64,000 nucleotides of DNA. It comes from an uncultured bacterium. Its GTDB lineage: Bacteria > UBP7 > UBA6624. The DNA lies in assembly GCA_964012435.1 (NCBI GenBank), contig CAXGSM010000004.1, positions 453 through 64,452 on the forward strand, read 5' to 3'. The position numbers and the translations under genes were made by a program. The notes under the pieces were generated by a model that was given only the letters and a program-made list of their open reading frames with translations, was not told where the DNA came from and did no database searches. Within the stretch, counting starts at the first letter, position 1, and the number at the start of each line of letters is the position of its first letter. Positions 8,960 through 18,962 of this stretch are shown here, one piece after another.

Positions 8960-9267
8960 TAACTTTATCAGATGTTTTGATTAAGCCCATAATTTCAGAA
9001 AAGTCAATGGATTTAGCGATGAATGAGAATGCTTATACGTTTCAAATATCACCTAAAGCGACAAAAACAGATGTTAGAGATGCTGTTAAGAAGGAACTAA
9101 AAATAAAAAAAGTTCTTTCTGTCAGGATTTTGAAGAATCCTAGCAAAAAAAGAGCAAGAAGAACATCTAAAGGAGGGGTTACTTACGGTCAGACTTCTAG
9201 AAGAATTAAGGCTATTGTCAGGATTGCTTCTGATGAGGATTTGATGAGTCACTTTCAACCCGGATAA
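8950..9267 (+). CDS. rplW: 50S ribosomal protein L23
   Basis: 105 aa. LIKPIISEKS..YTFQISPKATKTDVRDAVKK. Conserved operon position. Confidence 0.92.
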   Translation: MEMITLSDVLIKPIISEKSMDLAMNENAYTFQISPKATKTDVRDAVKKELKIKKVLSVRILKNPSKKRARRTSKGGVTYGQTSRRIKAIVRIASDEDLMSHFQPG

Positions 9268-9269
9268 TT

Positions 9270-10094
9270 ATGGCTATAAAAAGATATAAACCAACAACAC
9301 CTTCTCTTAGGTCTATTGTTCGAATAGACAAGAGTCACCTTGCAGATAAGCCAGGTGGTGGGTCTCTCGTTAAAGGTAAAAAGAAAAATAGTGGTAGGAA
9401 TAATCTTGGAAGAATCACAACAAGACATAGAGGTGGTGGAAACAAAAATAAATACAGAATGATAGACTTCAGAAGAAAGAAAAAGGATGTTCCAGCAAAA
9501 GTTGTTCAGATTGAATATGATCCAAACAGAACTGCTTTCATAGCATTGATCTGTTATATGGATGGTGAAAAAAGTTATATCTTGGCACCTACTGGACTGG
9601 AGGCTGGACAAACTGTTGTTTCTGCTGAAAAAGCTCCAAACAGACCTGGAAACACAATGCCTCTTTCTTCTATAAGAACTGGTTCATTTATTCATTGTGT
9701 TGAATTAAGGCCTGGACAGGGTGGCTTGCTAGCAAGAAGTGCTGGCAGTTTTGCAATATTAAAAAATAAAGAAGCCGGTTGGGGTTTTATAGAGCTTCCA
9801 AGCGGAGAGTTGAGAAAAGTTCCTTTGACCTGTTGTGCAACAATTGGAAGATTATCTAATGTTGAACATAATTTGGAAAAATGGGGAAATGCAGGAAGGA
9901 AAAGACATAAAGGTTGGAGACCATCAGTAAGAGGAATGATAATGAATCCTTGTGACCATCCAAATGGTGGTGGTGAAGGTCGACAAAAAGGAAAAATTTT
10001 AAGAACACCTTGGGGTAAAGTCGCTAGAGGTCCAAAAACAAGAAGAAGCAGACCAAGTGATAAACATATCCTCAGGTCTAGAAGGAAGAAATAA
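9270..10094 (+). CDS. rplB: 50S ribosomal protein L2
   Basis: [11 protein letters not shown] and [13 protein letters not shown]. Confidence 0.97.
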   Translation: MAIKRYKPTTPSLRSIVRIDKSHLADKPGGGSLVKGKKKNSGRNNLGRITTRHRGGGNKNKYRMIDFRRKKKDVPAKVVQIEYDPNRTAFIALICYMDGEKSYILAPTGLEAGQTVVSAEKAPNRPGNTMPLSSIRTGSFIHCVELRPGQGGLLARSAGSFAILKNKEAGWGFIELPSGELRKVPLTCCATIGRLSNVEHNLEKWGNAGRKRHKGWRPSVRGMIMNPCDHPNGGGEGRQKGKILRTPWGKVARGPKTRRSRPSDKHILRSRRKK

Positions 10095-10360
10095 TGGCTA
10101 AGAAATCACCTTATATCGAACCAAGCTTGGTTAAAAAAATTGTTAAAGCTAAGGCGAGTGGGTCTAGAGACCCTATAAGAACCTGGTCCAGAAGATCTAC
10201 GATACATCCAGAAATGGTTGGTTTAACATTTGAGGTTCATAATGGCAGAAGATTCGATAAGGTTTACGTTAACGAATCGATGGTTGGACATAAGTTGGGT
10301 GAATTTGCACTAACAAGAAGGTTTGGTGGTCATAAGAAGAAAAAGGATGAGGCAGCATGA
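10094..10360 (+). CDS. rpsS: 30S ribosomal protein S19
   Basis: [25 protein letters not shown]. Confidence 0.96.
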   Translation: MAKKSPYIEPSLVKKIVKAKASGSRDPIRTWSRRSTIHPEMVGLTFEVHNGRRFDKVYVNESMVGHKLGEFALTRRFGGHKKKKDEAA

Positions 10361-10719
10361 GCAAAGCAATGAAAGCAATGCCAAGATCTAAAGGTTTGAA
10401 TTTACGGTGTAAGCCACAGATGATTAATCGTGCTGCTAAAAGAGTAAGGGGTATGGTTGTTTCTGATGCGATAGTAAGACTTACAAGCCAAAATGACAAG
10501 GCGAGCAGGCTGTTGTTAAAGCTTTTGAATGAGGCCATTGCAAATGCTGAACACAATTTAGAACTCCCAAGTGCAGGTCTTGTTATTTCTTGTATAAATG
10601 TTGGTAACGGTGTTGCGATGAAAAGATTTAGACCGGTAATGAGAGGTATGGCTCATAAATATAAAAAAAGAACTGCAAATGTTGAAATTATTTTAGGTAC
10701 AGGTGAAGCTAATGGGTAA
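10357..10719 (+). CDS. rplV: 50S ribosomal protein L22
   Basis: 120 aa. [17 protein letters not shown] and [22 protein letters not shown]. Confidence 0.93.
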   Translation: MSKAMKAMPRSKGLNLRCKPQMINRAAKRVRGMVVSDAIVRLTSQNDKASRLLLKLLNEAIANAEHNLELPSAGLVISCINVGNGVAMKRFRPVMRGMAHKYKKRTANVEIILGTGEANG

Positions 10720-11380
10720 TAAAATAAATGCTAATGGTTTTAGAGTAGGCGTCTACCACAAAGCTACTAAAACTGGTAGAGGCTGGAATGCTACCTGGTT
10801 TCCTCAGAAAAACAAAGATTATGCTAAATTAATTGAAGCTGATGCTGTAATAAGAAGAGTCATTGCTAAGAGACACAAAGACTCTGCTGTTCAAAAAGTT
10901 GAAATCATAAGAACTGTTGCCCCGAGAGGTTCTGATATTGTAGAAATTGCAGTTCATACCGCTAGGCCAGGAGCTCTTATTGGAAAAAAGGGAGCCTCAA
11001 TAGATGCAACTGTTACACACCTTAAAGGTCTTTTGCCAGATCAAAGAATAACAATAAAAGCAGTTGAGATCAGAGAACCTGATATATATGCAAATGTTGT
11101 TGCTGACTCTGTCAGAAGGCAGCTTGAAGCGAGAAAAGCAACTAGGCGAATTATGAAGCAGGTTGTTGATGCTGCTATTGCTGGAGGAGCAAAAGGTTGT
11201 AAGCTTGAGATTGCAGGAAGGGTTGATGGTGCTGAGATAGCAAGAACTATGAAGTATTCTGAAGGTTCAATACCTAGACACACCTTAAGGGCAAATGTTG
11301 ATTTTGGATTTGCTGAAGCTTGGACTAAATATGGAATACTAGGTGTAAAGGTATGGATACATCGGGAGGATGATGATTAA
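10712..11380 (+). CDS. rpsC: 30S ribosomal protein S3
   Basis: [13 protein letters not shown] and KH-domain GALIGKKGASI. Start moved to ATG 10712; the track used GTG 10703. Confidence 0.95.
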   Translation: MGNKINANGFRVGVYHKATKTGRGWNATWFPQKNKDYAKLIEADAVIRRVIAKRHKDSAVQKVEIIRTVAPRGSDIVEIAVHTARPGALIGKKGASIDATVTHLKGLLPDQRITIKAVEIREPDIYANVVADSVRRQLEARKATRRIMKQVVDAAIAGGAKGCKLEIAGRVDGAEIARTMKYSEGSIPRHTLRANVDFGFAEAWTKYGILGVKVWIHREDDD

Positions 11381-11817
11381 TGCCTTTACTCCAACCAAAA
11401 AGATGGAAATATTTAAAAGCCTTTAGAGGAAGAAATAGAGGTAAGTCGATTAGAGGAAACAAACTTGCTTTTGGTGAGTTTGGAGTTAGAGCTAATGGTA
11501 ATGGGAGGATGACATCTAGACAGATAGAAGCTATTCGTGTTTTGATAAGAAGACGTGTTGGAGATAAGGCAAAAATGTGGACAAGAGTTTTTCCGGACCT
11601 TCCCATAACCAAACACCCTTTAGAGGCAAGAATGGGTAAGGGTAAAGGTGCTGTTGAAAGATATGAAGCAAGAATCAAAAGAGGACAAGTTCTTTTTGAG
11701 GTTGCAGGTGTTCCTAGCGAACAGGCAAAGAATGCTTTGTCAAAAGTTAGACACAAGATAAGTATTCCTGTTAGTGTAATCACTTTGAAAAGCGGAGAGG
11801 GTAAACCATGGCAATAA
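11380..11817 (+). CDS. rplP: 50S ribosomal protein L16
   Basis: MPLLQPKRWKYLKAFRGR and ARMGKGKG. Confidence 0.96.
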   Translation: MPLLQPKRWKYLKAFRGRNRGKSIRGNKLAFGEFGVRANGNGRMTSRQIEAIRVLIRRRVGDKAKMWTRVFPDLPITKHPLEARMGKGKGAVERYEARIKRGQVLFEVAGVPSEQAKNALSKVRHKISIPVSVITLKSGEGKPWQ

Positions 11818-12011
11818 AGAAAAAAGAGTTTGATAAGCTTTCTTCAATGAAGAATTCAAAATTGGTAGAAGAGGTAAGAAAAGCAAAAAAAGAATTAATG
11901 GAAATTAGATTTGATTCAGCTAGGTCAGGCACTGCTCCAGCTGGAAAGATTAGATCTTTAAAAAAGAAAATAGCTAGAGCTAAAACTTTAATTGGGAGAA
12001 ATTCAAAATGA
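11808..12011 (+). CDS. rpmC: 50S ribosomal protein L29
   Basis: 67 aa. LVEEVRKAKKELMEIRF. Conserved position. Confidence 0.9.
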   Translation: MAIKKKEFDKLSSMKNSKLVEEVRKAKKELMEIRFDSARSGTAPAGKIRSLKKKIARAKTLIGRNSK

Positions 12012-12253
12012 CACAGCAAAAATTACAGGGTAAAGTTATCAAGCTGAGTGGAGAAAAGAGTGTTAAGGTTTTGGTTACAAGGCAAACTATTCATCCAAAA
12101 TTTAAAAAAAGATTAATGAGGTCTAAGAAATATTTGGTTCATGATGAAAAAGGAAGCTCAAAAGTAGGAGATTTTGTTGAAATCATTTCATGTCTTCCTG
12201 TTTCAAAAAAGAAAAGTTTCAAAATAAATAAAATTTTAGAGGGAAAGAAGTGA
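12008..12253 (+). CDS. rpsQ: 30S ribosomal protein S17
   Basis: 81 aa. [32 protein letters not shown]. Confidence 0.93.
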   Translation: MTQQKLQGKVIKLSGEKSVKVLVTRQTIHPKFKKRLMRSKKYLVHDEKGSSKVGDFVEIISCLPVSKKKSFKINKILEGKK

Positions 12254-12618
12254 TTCAGCAAGAAAGTATTTTAAACTGTGCCGATAACTCTGGGGCAAGA
12301 AGGCTTCAGTGCATACGTGTCCTTGGTGGAACTAGAAAAAGATATGCTCATATTGGTGATGTTATTGTCTGCTCTATTAAATCAGCTTTACCAGAAGGTA
12401 TGGTTCAAAAGAAACAAATTGTTAGAGCTGTTGTTGTTAGAACTGTTTCTAAAACAAAAAGAAAGGATGGAAGCAATATTAGATTCGATGATAATGCATG
12501 TGTCATATTGAATGAAGATGGCACACCTAGGGGTACAAGGATATTTGGCCCTGTTGGAAGAGAGCTTAGGCATAAGCTTTTTGCAAAAATTATTTCATTA
12601 GCACCGGAGGTTCTTTAA
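12250..12618 (+). CDS. rplN: 50S ribosomal protein L14
   Basis: [30 protein letters not shown] start. Confidence 0.97.
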   Translation: MIQQESILNCADNSGARRLQCIRVLGGTRKRYAHIGDVIVCSIKSALPEGMVQKKQIVRAVVVRTVSKTKRKDGSNIRFDDNACVILNEDGTPRGTRIFGPVGRELRHKLFAKIISLAPEVL

Positions 12619-12926
12619 TGGTAAAGAGAATAAAGGTAGGAGATAAAGTTAAAGTTATTGCAGGAAATGACTCTGGCCAAGAAGGCGAGGTGGCCTTAAT
12701 AAAAGGTGAAAGGGCAATCGTAAAAGGTCTTGGGCTTCTAGTGAGACACAGGAAAAAAAGCGGAGAAGAGGGTTCAGAGGGCTCAAAGGATGAAATATCA
12801 AGACCGATACATGTGTCAAATTTAATGCCAATTGATTCAAAGGGCAAAGCAACAAGGGTGTCTGTAAAAACTGGAAAAGATGGAACAAAAAATAGATTAT
12901 CCAAAAAGTCAGGAGTAACTTTTTAA
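12618..12926 (+). CDS. rplX: 50S ribosomal protein L24
   Basis: IKVGDKVKVIAGNDSGQEGEV (KOW motif). Confidence 0.94.
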   Translation: MVKRIKVGDKVKVIAGNDSGQEGEVALIKGERAIVKGLGLLVRHRKKSGEEGSEGSKDEISRPIHVSNLMPIDSKGKATRVSVKTGKDGTKNRLSKKSGVTF

Positions 12927-13459
12927 TGAGATTGACAGAAGATTTAATAGAACAGTTGAAAGAAAAGTTGGGAAGAGACAATGTTATGTCTCTTCCAGCT
13001 TTAGAGAAAGTTGTTGTTAATGTTGGTGTTGGGGACGCTGCCGCAGACAAAAAACTTTTGACCCCAGTCATTGAGCACTTGGAGATAGTGACTGGACAAA
13101 AGGCAGTTGTAACAAAAGCGAGAAAATCTGTTGCGGGTTTCAAATTAAGAGAAGGTCAGCCGATAGGTGCAAAAGTCACCTTGCGTGGTGCGAAAATGAA
13201 TGATTTTATTACAAGGTTGATCTCTGTTGTGATTCCAAGAGTTAGAGATTTTCGTGGCCTAGATAGAAACATGGATGGCAATGGAAATCTTACAGTGGCA
13301 TTAAAAGAACAATCTGTATTTCCTGAAATACCTTTTGACAAAATAGGCAACAGGGTAAGAGGTTTTTCTATAACCTTTGTAACAACTTCTAATAAGGATG
13401 AGGATGGGGAAGCTCTTCTTGAATCAATGGGTCTTCCGTTTAAGGAGAAAGAAGAATAA
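12926..13459 (+). CDS. rplE: 50S ribosomal protein L5
   Basis: 177 aa. [13 protein letters not shown] and RDFRGL..DGNGN. Confidence 0.95.
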   Translation: MRLTEDLIEQLKEKLGRDNVMSLPALEKVVVNVGVGDAAADKKLLTPVIEHLEIVTGQKAVVTKARKSVAGFKLREGQPIGAKVTLRGAKMNDFITRLISVVIPRVRDFRGLDRNMDGNGNLTVALKEQSVFPEIPFDKIGNRVRGFSITFVTTSNKDEDGEALLESMGLPFKEKEE

Positions 13460-13644
13460 TGGCAAAAAAATCAATGATTGCTAAGCAAAAGAGAAAACAA
13501 AAATACTCCACTAGAGCTTACAACAGATGTAGCATATGCGGCAGGCCTCGAGGCTATATGAGGATGTTTGGAATTTGCAGAATTTGTTTTAGGGAGATGG
13601 CTCATAATGGTGAAATTCCAGGAGTAAGGAAGGCAAGCTGGTGA
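13459..13644 (+). CDS. rpsN: 30S ribosomal protein S14, zinc-binding type Z
   Basis: 61 aa. [23 protein letters not shown] carries two CxxC pairs. Confidence 0.95.
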   Translation: MAKKSMIAKQKRKQKYSTRAYNRCSICGRPRGYMRMFGICRICFREMAHNGEIPGVRKASW

Positions 13645-14054
13645 CACATTCAGATCCAATATCAGATTTATTAATAAGAATTAAAAACGCTGGAAACAGG
13701 AGTCATAGTTCAACAAAAATACCTCATTTCAATTTTGGAGAAGACATTTTGAAGGTTCTTGCTTCTGAGGGTTGGATTAACGGATATCAAACCATAGGCG
13801 AAAAGCAACCTGGTAAATTTTTAGTTGTTAGTTTGAAATACACTATTTCAGAATCTGGAGACAGGATACCGTTAATTCAAAATCTAAAAAGAATAAGCAA
13901 GCCAAGCAGAAGAGTCTATTTAAAAAGAGATGAAGTTAAAAGAGTCATAAATGGCTTAGGAACTGGTTTAATTTCAACATCACAAGGTCTTTTAGCTGAC
14001 AGAGAAGCAAAAAAGAAAGGCTTGGGTGGCGAATATGTGGCGGTGATAACATGA
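13641..14054 (+). CDS. rpsH: 30S ribosomal protein S8
   Basis: [13 protein letters not shown] and GGEYVAVI C-terminus. GTG start. Confidence 0.95.
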   Translation: MTHSDPISDLLIRIKNAGNRSHSSTKIPHFNFGEDILKVLASEGWINGYQTIGEKQPGKFLVVSLKYTISESGDRIPLIQNLKRISKPSRRVYLKRDEVKRVINGLGTGLISTSQGLLADREAKKKGLGGEYVAVIT

Positions 14055-14578
14055 GCAGGATAGGCAGAAAGGCAATAGTGCTTCCAATTGGAGTAGAAGT
14101 TACAGATTCTTCTTCTTTTGTAGAGGTGAAAGGTCCAAAAGGTGTCTTGAAGGTAAACACATTCAAGAATGTTTCTTTCAAAAAAGAAGGGAATAAAATT
14201 GTCGTTGAGAGCAAAGGCCAAAAGAAATTTCATGGGACTTTTAGGTCTTTGTTGGAGAATGCCGTTATTGGTGTTTCTAAAGGCTTTAGTTATTCACTTG
14301 AGGCAGATGGTCCTGGTTACAGGGTTGCTGTATCTGGTAAAAAACTAACAATAAAAGCTGGCTATTCACATGATGTAATTTTAGAAATCCCTGAATTTGT
14401 AGATGTTGAAGTTACAAAAGGTGAAATAAAAATTTCTGGAATTTGCAAACACGATGTTGGGCATTTTTGTGACAAGGTTATGCAGGTTAGACCTGTTGAG
14501 CCATACAAGCTTCAAGGAATCAAGAGAAAAGATATAACTTACAACAAAAAGAAGAGAAGAGTTGTTGAGGCGGCTTAA
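14051..14578 (+). CDS. rplF: 50S ribosomal protein L6
   Basis: [17 protein letters not shown] and GYSHDV. Confidence 0.95.
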   Translation: MSRIGRKAIVLPIGVEVTDSSSFVEVKGPKGVLKVNTFKNVSFKKEGNKIVVESKGQKKFHGTFRSLLENAVIGVSKGFSYSLEADGPGYRVAVSGKKLTIKAGYSHDVILEIPEFVDVEVTKGEIKISGICKHDVGHFCDKVMQVRPVEPYKLQGIKRKDITYNKKKRRVVEAA

Positions 14579-14580
14579 GA

Positions 14581-14940
14581 ATGAAAGATTTTAGAAGATT
14601 AAAAAGAATTGCAAGACATAAAAGGATAAGAAGATCTTTAAATGGAACTGCATCACAGCCTAGATTAACTATTTTTAGAAGCCATAAAGAAATTTATGCT
14701 CAAATAATAGATGATGTCAGCAAGACTACATTATGTTCTGCTTCAACGATTGATAAAGAATTAAGAAAAAAATGTAATGATGCTAAGCCATTAGAGGCGG
14801 CTGAGCTTGTAGGTAAAACAATCGCAAAAAGAGCTGTTAAAAAAGGTGTTAAGAGTGTTGTCTTCGACAGAGGCGGCTATAAATATCACGGGAGGGTTGC
14901 TTCTTTAGCTAACGCAGTTAGAGAGGTTATTAATTTTTAA
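14581..14940 (+). CDS. rplR: 50S ribosomal protein L18
   Basis: [34 protein letters not shown] and [12 protein letters not shown]. Confidence 0.95.
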   Translation: MKDFRRLKRIARHKRIRRSLNGTASQPRLTIFRSHKEIYAQIIDDVSKTTLCSASTIDKELRKKCNDAKPLEAAELVGKTIAKRAVKKGVKSVVFDRGGYKYHGRVASLANAVREVINF

Positions 14941-15458
14941 TGAGATTTAAACAGAAAAAAGAAAAAGAGTTTCAGGAAAAAGTTATTCAGATAAGAAGAG
15001 TGAGTAAAACTGTAGCTGGAGGTAAGAGGTTCAGGTTTTCTGCTCTTGTTGTTGTGGGTGATGGAAAGGGGAGGTCTGGAATAGGCTTAGGAACTGCTGT
15101 CCAAACTCCTCAAGCTATAAGAAAAGCTGCAGCTGCTGCAGAGAAGAATCTTTACAAATTGCCACTTGTGAATGGAACAATTGCCCATGAAGTTAAAGGA
15201 AAAATGGGTGCAAGCACAGTACATTTAATACCTGCTCCAGCTGGAACTGGTGTTATTGCTGGTGCTACAGTTAGGGCTTTATGTGAGGTTGCTGGTATTA
15301 AAAACATATATACCAAAATTAGAGGGGCAGCAACCCCACTTAATGCTGCTAAAGCAACAATGAATGGTTTCAAGTCTTTAAGAGATCCAAAAAAATTGGC
15401 TGCTTTAAGAGGTGTTGACGTTAGCTCAATTTGGTTTATGAAGGAGATGCCTGAATAA
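14940..15458 (+). CDS. rpsE: 30S ribosomal protein S5
   Basis: IRRVSKTVAGGKRFRFSALVVVGDGKG. Confidence 0.96.
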   Translation: MRFKQKKEKEFQEKVIQIRRVSKTVAGGKRFRFSALVVVGDGKGRSGIGLGTAVQTPQAIRKAAAAAEKNLYKLPLVNGTIAHEVKGKMGASTVHLIPAPAGTGVIAGATVRALCEVAGIKNIYTKIRGAATPLNAAKATMNGFKSLRDPKKLAALRGVDVSSIWFMKEMPE

Positions 15459-15892
15459 TGGATTATCAAGATTTAGTAAAAGTCAAAAAAGATCGTATTA
15501 GAGTTTCACGAGGCAAGGCTGCAAGAAGAGGTAAAACTGCTGGTAGGGGAATGAAAGGAACCAAGTCAAGAAGCGGTGGAAAGCTTCCAACGATGTTTTC
15601 CGGTGATAGTTTGCCTTATTACAGGAAGGCAAGAAGTTTGGGTGGTTTCAAAAATCGAAATTCAATCGTTTATCAGGTTGTTAATCTTTCAGATATAAAT
15701 GCTGCTTTTGACGATGGCAAAAAGGTTACTATTAAACAATTGTTGAAAAAAGGACTTGTTAGAAAGAATAATTTGGTTAAATTACTTGGAAATGGAAAGA
15801 TTGAAAAGAAAATTGAATTAACTGTAAATGCTGCAAGTAAAACTGCTATTCAAAAAATTGAAAAAGCAGGGGGAAAAGTAACTATTAAATGA
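15458..15892 (+). CDS. rplO: 50S ribosomal protein L15
   Basis: GRRGKTAGRGMKGTKSRSGG. It follows rpsE directly (TAATG), leaving no room for rpmD. Confidence 0.94.
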   Translation: MDYQDLVKVKKDRIRVSRGKAARRGKTAGRGMKGTKSRSGGKLPTMFSGDSLPYYRKARSLGGFKNRNSIVYQVVNLSDINAAFDDGKKVTIKQLLKKGLVRKNNLVKLLGNGKIEKKIELTVNAASKTAIQKIEKAGGKVTIK

Positions 15893-17172
15893 AAAAGCAG
15901 GCCCAAGCTGCAGTCAATGATGCATTGGCAAGTCCAGAATTAAAGAAGCGAATTTCTTTTGTTGCATTGGGCTTATTGATATTTTCTGCCGGAGGGCATG
16001 TCCCTCTCCCAGGTATAAACAATGATGCATTACAAAATCTGTTTAGCTCTGGTGGAGTTCTGGGATTATTAGATCTTTTCAGTGGTGGTTCACTTAAAAG
16101 ATTTTCTATTTTTGCTTTAGGAATCATGCCTTATATTAATGCTAGTATCATGATGCAGGTTATGACATTTTGTTTTCCTGCTTTAGAGGAAATACAAAAA
16201 GAAAGAGGCATGGAGGGGAGAATACTTATTGGTAAGTGGACTAAATACTTGACAATATTCATTGCTTTTATTCAGTCTTATAGTTTTTTAGCCTTGTTCA
16301 AGGCCCAAAAAATTCTTGTCAGGGAGAGCCCTTTAGATTTATTTGTAATCATGATTACCTTGGTTGCAGGAACTTCTTTTCTGATGTGGTTAGGAGATGA
16401 AATGACTGAAAGAGGCATCGGCAACGGGGTCTCTCTTTTGATCTTTGCAGGAATAGTTATGAGCTTGCCAACAGCACTTGCCCAACAGTTTAAAATTGCT
16501 CAGCAAAATGTTGCTCAGGTGGGTCCGTTTGTGCTTTTTGGCATTTTTGTTCTTTTGATGATTGGTGTAATAGTGTATATGCAGCTTGCAGAGAGAAGGA
16601 TACCTATAAGATATTCAACAAGAACTGTTGGTCAACGCGTTATCGGTGGACAAGTTTCTTATTTGCCGGTAAGGGTAGATATTGCTGGTGTTATACCTAT
16701 AATTTTTGCGATTTCAGCACTTTTGATACCGCAAACTATAGCCAACTTTCTTCCTCAAGATCATCCTTTTGCAATTAGCATTGGGCAATTTCTCTCAAAC
16801 TGGGGCTATTATGCCACTTTAGCAATTTTGACTTTCTTTTTTACTTTCTTGTATTCTTCAATAAGTTTTAAACCTGAAGATATAGCCAAGAATTTAAAAA
16901 AAGCTGGTGGTTTTATACCTGGAATAAGGCCTGGAAAACAGACTCAAGAATACATTCAACAAATTCAGGAAAAGATTACCTTCTTGGGTGGTGTATGGCT
17001 TGCTCTTATAGCTGTTTTGCCAATTTTGATTGCTAATGCTGCAGGAGTCTCGTCATTTGCGATAGGTGGAACTGGATTGCTTATTGTTGTTGGTGTTAGC
17101 CTTGACACCATGAGGCAGCTTGAAGCACATGTTGTAAGTAGACAATACAAAGGTTTTATGAAAACAAGATGA
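15889..17172 (+). CDS. secY: Preprotein translocase subunit SecY
   Basis: 427 aa, polytopic. LGIMPYINASI, GDEMTERGIGNG and GGFIPGIRPG. Confidence 0.97.
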   Translation: MKKQAQAAVNDALASPELKKRISFVALGLLIFSAGGHVPLPGINNDALQNLFSSGGVLGLLDLFSGGSLKRFSIFALGIMPYINASIMMQVMTFCFPALEEIQKERGMEGRILIGKWTKYLTIFIAFIQSYSFLALFKAQKILVRESPLDLFVIMITLVAGTSFLMWLGDEMTERGIGNGVSLLIFAGIVMSLPTALAQQFKIAQQNVAQVGPFVLFGIFVLLMIGVIVYMQLAERRIPIRYSTRTVGQRVIGGQVSYLPVRVDIAGVIPIIFAISALLIPQTIANFLPQDHPFAISIGQFLSNWGYYATLAILTFFFTFLYSSISFKPEDIAKNLKKAGGFIPGIRPGKQTQEYIQQIQEKITFLGGVWLALIAVLPILIANAAGVSSFAIGGTGLLIVVGVSLDTMRQLEAHVVSRQYKGFMKTR

Positions 17173-17810
17173 TGAGCGATTTGAAAGATATGAATTTAGT
17201 ATTACTAGGAGCTCCTGGTGCTGGTAAAGGCACCCAGGCTAAAAAGATTATAAAAAAATATGGCTTGACACATGTTTCAACTGGCGACATTATTCGAAGC
17301 GAAATTAGCTCTAAATCTGATTTAGGAAAAGAGGTTCAAGAAATTGTTTCAAATGGCAATTTGGTTTCTGATGGTTTGGTTTTCAAACTGCTTAAAAGAA
17401 AAATAGAAACATGCAAGAACGGTTGTCTTTTTGATGGCTTCCCTAGAACTACAAATCAGGCAGATATGCTAAATTCAGAAATTGAAATTAGTAAGGTCTT
17501 ATTTATAGATGTTAATGATGAGGTGATTATAGAGAGGATAACAGGTAGGAGACTTGATCCTGAGACAGGAAATATTTATCATATTCAATTCAATCCGCCA
17601 GCTGAAGAGATTAAATCAAGGCTCATCCAGAGAAAAGACGATACATATGAAGTTGCACAAAGCAGATTAGATATTTATAGAAGGGAAACTGAACCTTTAG
17701 TTGCTATGTACGCTTCTAAAGGCATGTTAACAAAAATTGACGGAAATGGAACACCTGATGAGGTGGAAGAAAAGATTGCGAATGAATTGCTTAATGGAGT
17801 CAGGGTTTAA
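17169..17810 (+). CDS. adk: Adenylate kinase
   Basis: LLGAPGAGKGTQ P-loop, FDGFPRT, and a long lid without Cys. The true start could be the internal MNLVLLG at 17190. Confidence 0.95.
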   Translation: MMSDLKDMNLVLLGAPGAGKGTQAKKIIKKYGLTHVSTGDIIRSEISSKSDLGKEVQEIVSNGNLVSDGLVFKLLKRKIETCKNGCLFDGFPRTTNQADMLNSEIEISKVLFIDVNDEVIIERITGRRLDPETGNIYHIQFNPPAEEIKSRLIQRKDDTYEVAQSRLDIYRRETEPLVAMYASKGMLTKIDGNGTPDEVEEKIANELLNGVRV

Positions 17811-18079
17811 TGAAATCTGAAAACAAAATAGAAGTGAAAGGAAAGGTCATCAAGGCTCTTCCTGGAGGTAGGTTTTTAGTTGAGGTGAATGGCAAGCATA
17901 AAGTTACTTCTCATATCGCGGGAAGAATAAGAAAATTTTTCATTCAGGTGATGGCAGGTGACATGGTTAAATTAGAAATATCTCCTTATGACCCAACCAA
18001 AGGAAGGATCATTTACAGGTACTATGACGAAAACGAGTCAATTGAAGAGGATCTAAAGGAGAAAGAAGATGAAAGTTAG
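17810..18079 (+). CDS. infA: Translation initiation factor IF-1 with 17-aa acidic C-terminal tail
   Basis: [54 protein letters not shown] is followed by the non-canonical [17 protein letters not shown]. Confidence 0.95.
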   Translation: MKSENKIEVKGKVIKALPGGRFLVEVNGKHKVTSHIAGRIRKFFIQVMAGDMVKLEISPYDPTKGRIIYRYYDENESIEEDLKEKEDES

Positions 18080-18182
18080 AAGTTCAGTTAAACGTATATG
18101 TGACCAATGTAGAACAGTAAAAAGAAAAGGAGTCCTTCATGTTGTATGTCCAAATAGAAGATGTAGGCAAAGACAGGGATAA
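18069..18182 (+). CDS. rpmJ: 50S ribosomal protein L36
   Basis: Not in the ORF track (37 aa). My translation is [37 protein letters not shown]. It has the C-x2-C..C-x4-C(R) zinc-ribbon pattern and overlaps the infA 3' end by 11 nt. Confidence 0.93.
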   Translation: MKVRSSVKRICDQCRTVKRKGVLHVVCPNRRCRQRQG

Positions 18183-18191
18183 GGAGTATTT

Positions 18192-18557
18192 ATGGCAAGA
18201 ATAGCAGGTTTTGAAATTCCAGACAACAAGGTTGCGTGGATAGGTTTGACTTCAATTTATGGAATCGGTCCTACAACCGCCAAGAAAATCTTAAAAAAGG
18301 CTAGTATTTCTTCTGAGACACGAATCAAAGACCTTAATGATTCTGATTTAGTTAACATAAGGGGCGTTATAGAAAAAGACTGCCTTATAGGAGCTGAGCT
18401 TAGAGAGAAGCTTCAGAAAGATGTTCAAAGGCTTATTGATATTAAATGTTACAGAGGAAATAGAAGAATAAAAGGTTTACCGTGTAGAGGTCAAAAAACT
18501 CAAAAGAATGCTAGATCACATAAAGGTTCTAGAAGAAGTGCTATAAGGAGAAAATAA
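18192..18557 (+). CDS. rpsM: 30S ribosomal protein S13
   Basis: MARIAGFEIPDNK..IYGIGPTTAKKIL. AAGGAG Shine-Dalgarno at 18181-18186. Confidence 0.96.
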   Translation: MARIAGFEIPDNKVAWIGLTSIYGIGPTTAKKILKKASISSETRIKDLNDSDLVNIRGVIEKDCLIGAELREKLQKDVQRLIDIKCYRGNRRIKGLPCRGQKTQKNARSHKGSRRSAIRRK

Positions 18558-18958
18558 TGGCAAAAGGTAAAAAAGTAAAAGCAAAAGTTAAAAAGAAAAA
18601 GAAGCTTCATGTACCTGTGGGTAGATTGTTTGTAACATCAACTTATAACAACACTGTTATAACTTTAACTGATGTAGATGGCAATGTTCTTTCTTGGTCT
18701 TCAGGTGGTCATATTGGCTACAAGGGAGCAAGAAAAGCAACTGCCTTCTCAGCCCAGCAAGCTGCAGAGAAGTTGATTGATTTGGCTTTAAGTCAATTTC
18801 AAATGAAAAAATTATCGATTATGAGCAAAGGTCCAGGTTTGGGCAGAGAGCCTGTAATCAGGTCATTTCAAGGTTCTCCAATTGAAGTGACTTCAATAAA
18901 AGATGTAACTCCTAGGCCACACAATGGCACTAGAGACCGTAGTATAAAGAGGAAATAA
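18557..18958 (+). CDS. rpsK: 30S ribosomal protein S11
   Basis: SGGHIGYKGARKATAFSAQQAAE and DVTPRPHNGTR. Confidence 0.96.
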   Translation: MAKGKKVKAKVKKKKKLHVPVGRLFVTSTYNNTVITLTDVDGNVLSWSSGGHIGYKGARKATAFSAQQAAEKLIDLALSQFQMKKLSIMSKGPGLGREPVIRSFQGSPIEVTSIKDVTPRPHNGTRDRSIKRK

Positions 18959-18962
18959 AGAA

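Noticed and set aside
9255-13143. Long antisense ORFs inside the ribosomal protein cluster (for example 9255-9611, 11325-11783 at 152 aa, and 12655-13143 at 162 aa)
   Set aside because: They are fully embedded opposite highly conserved r-protein genes. Their proteins are Leu/Ser/Phe-rich, as expected from the reverse complement of Lys/Glu/Arg-rich coding sequence. They have no start context.
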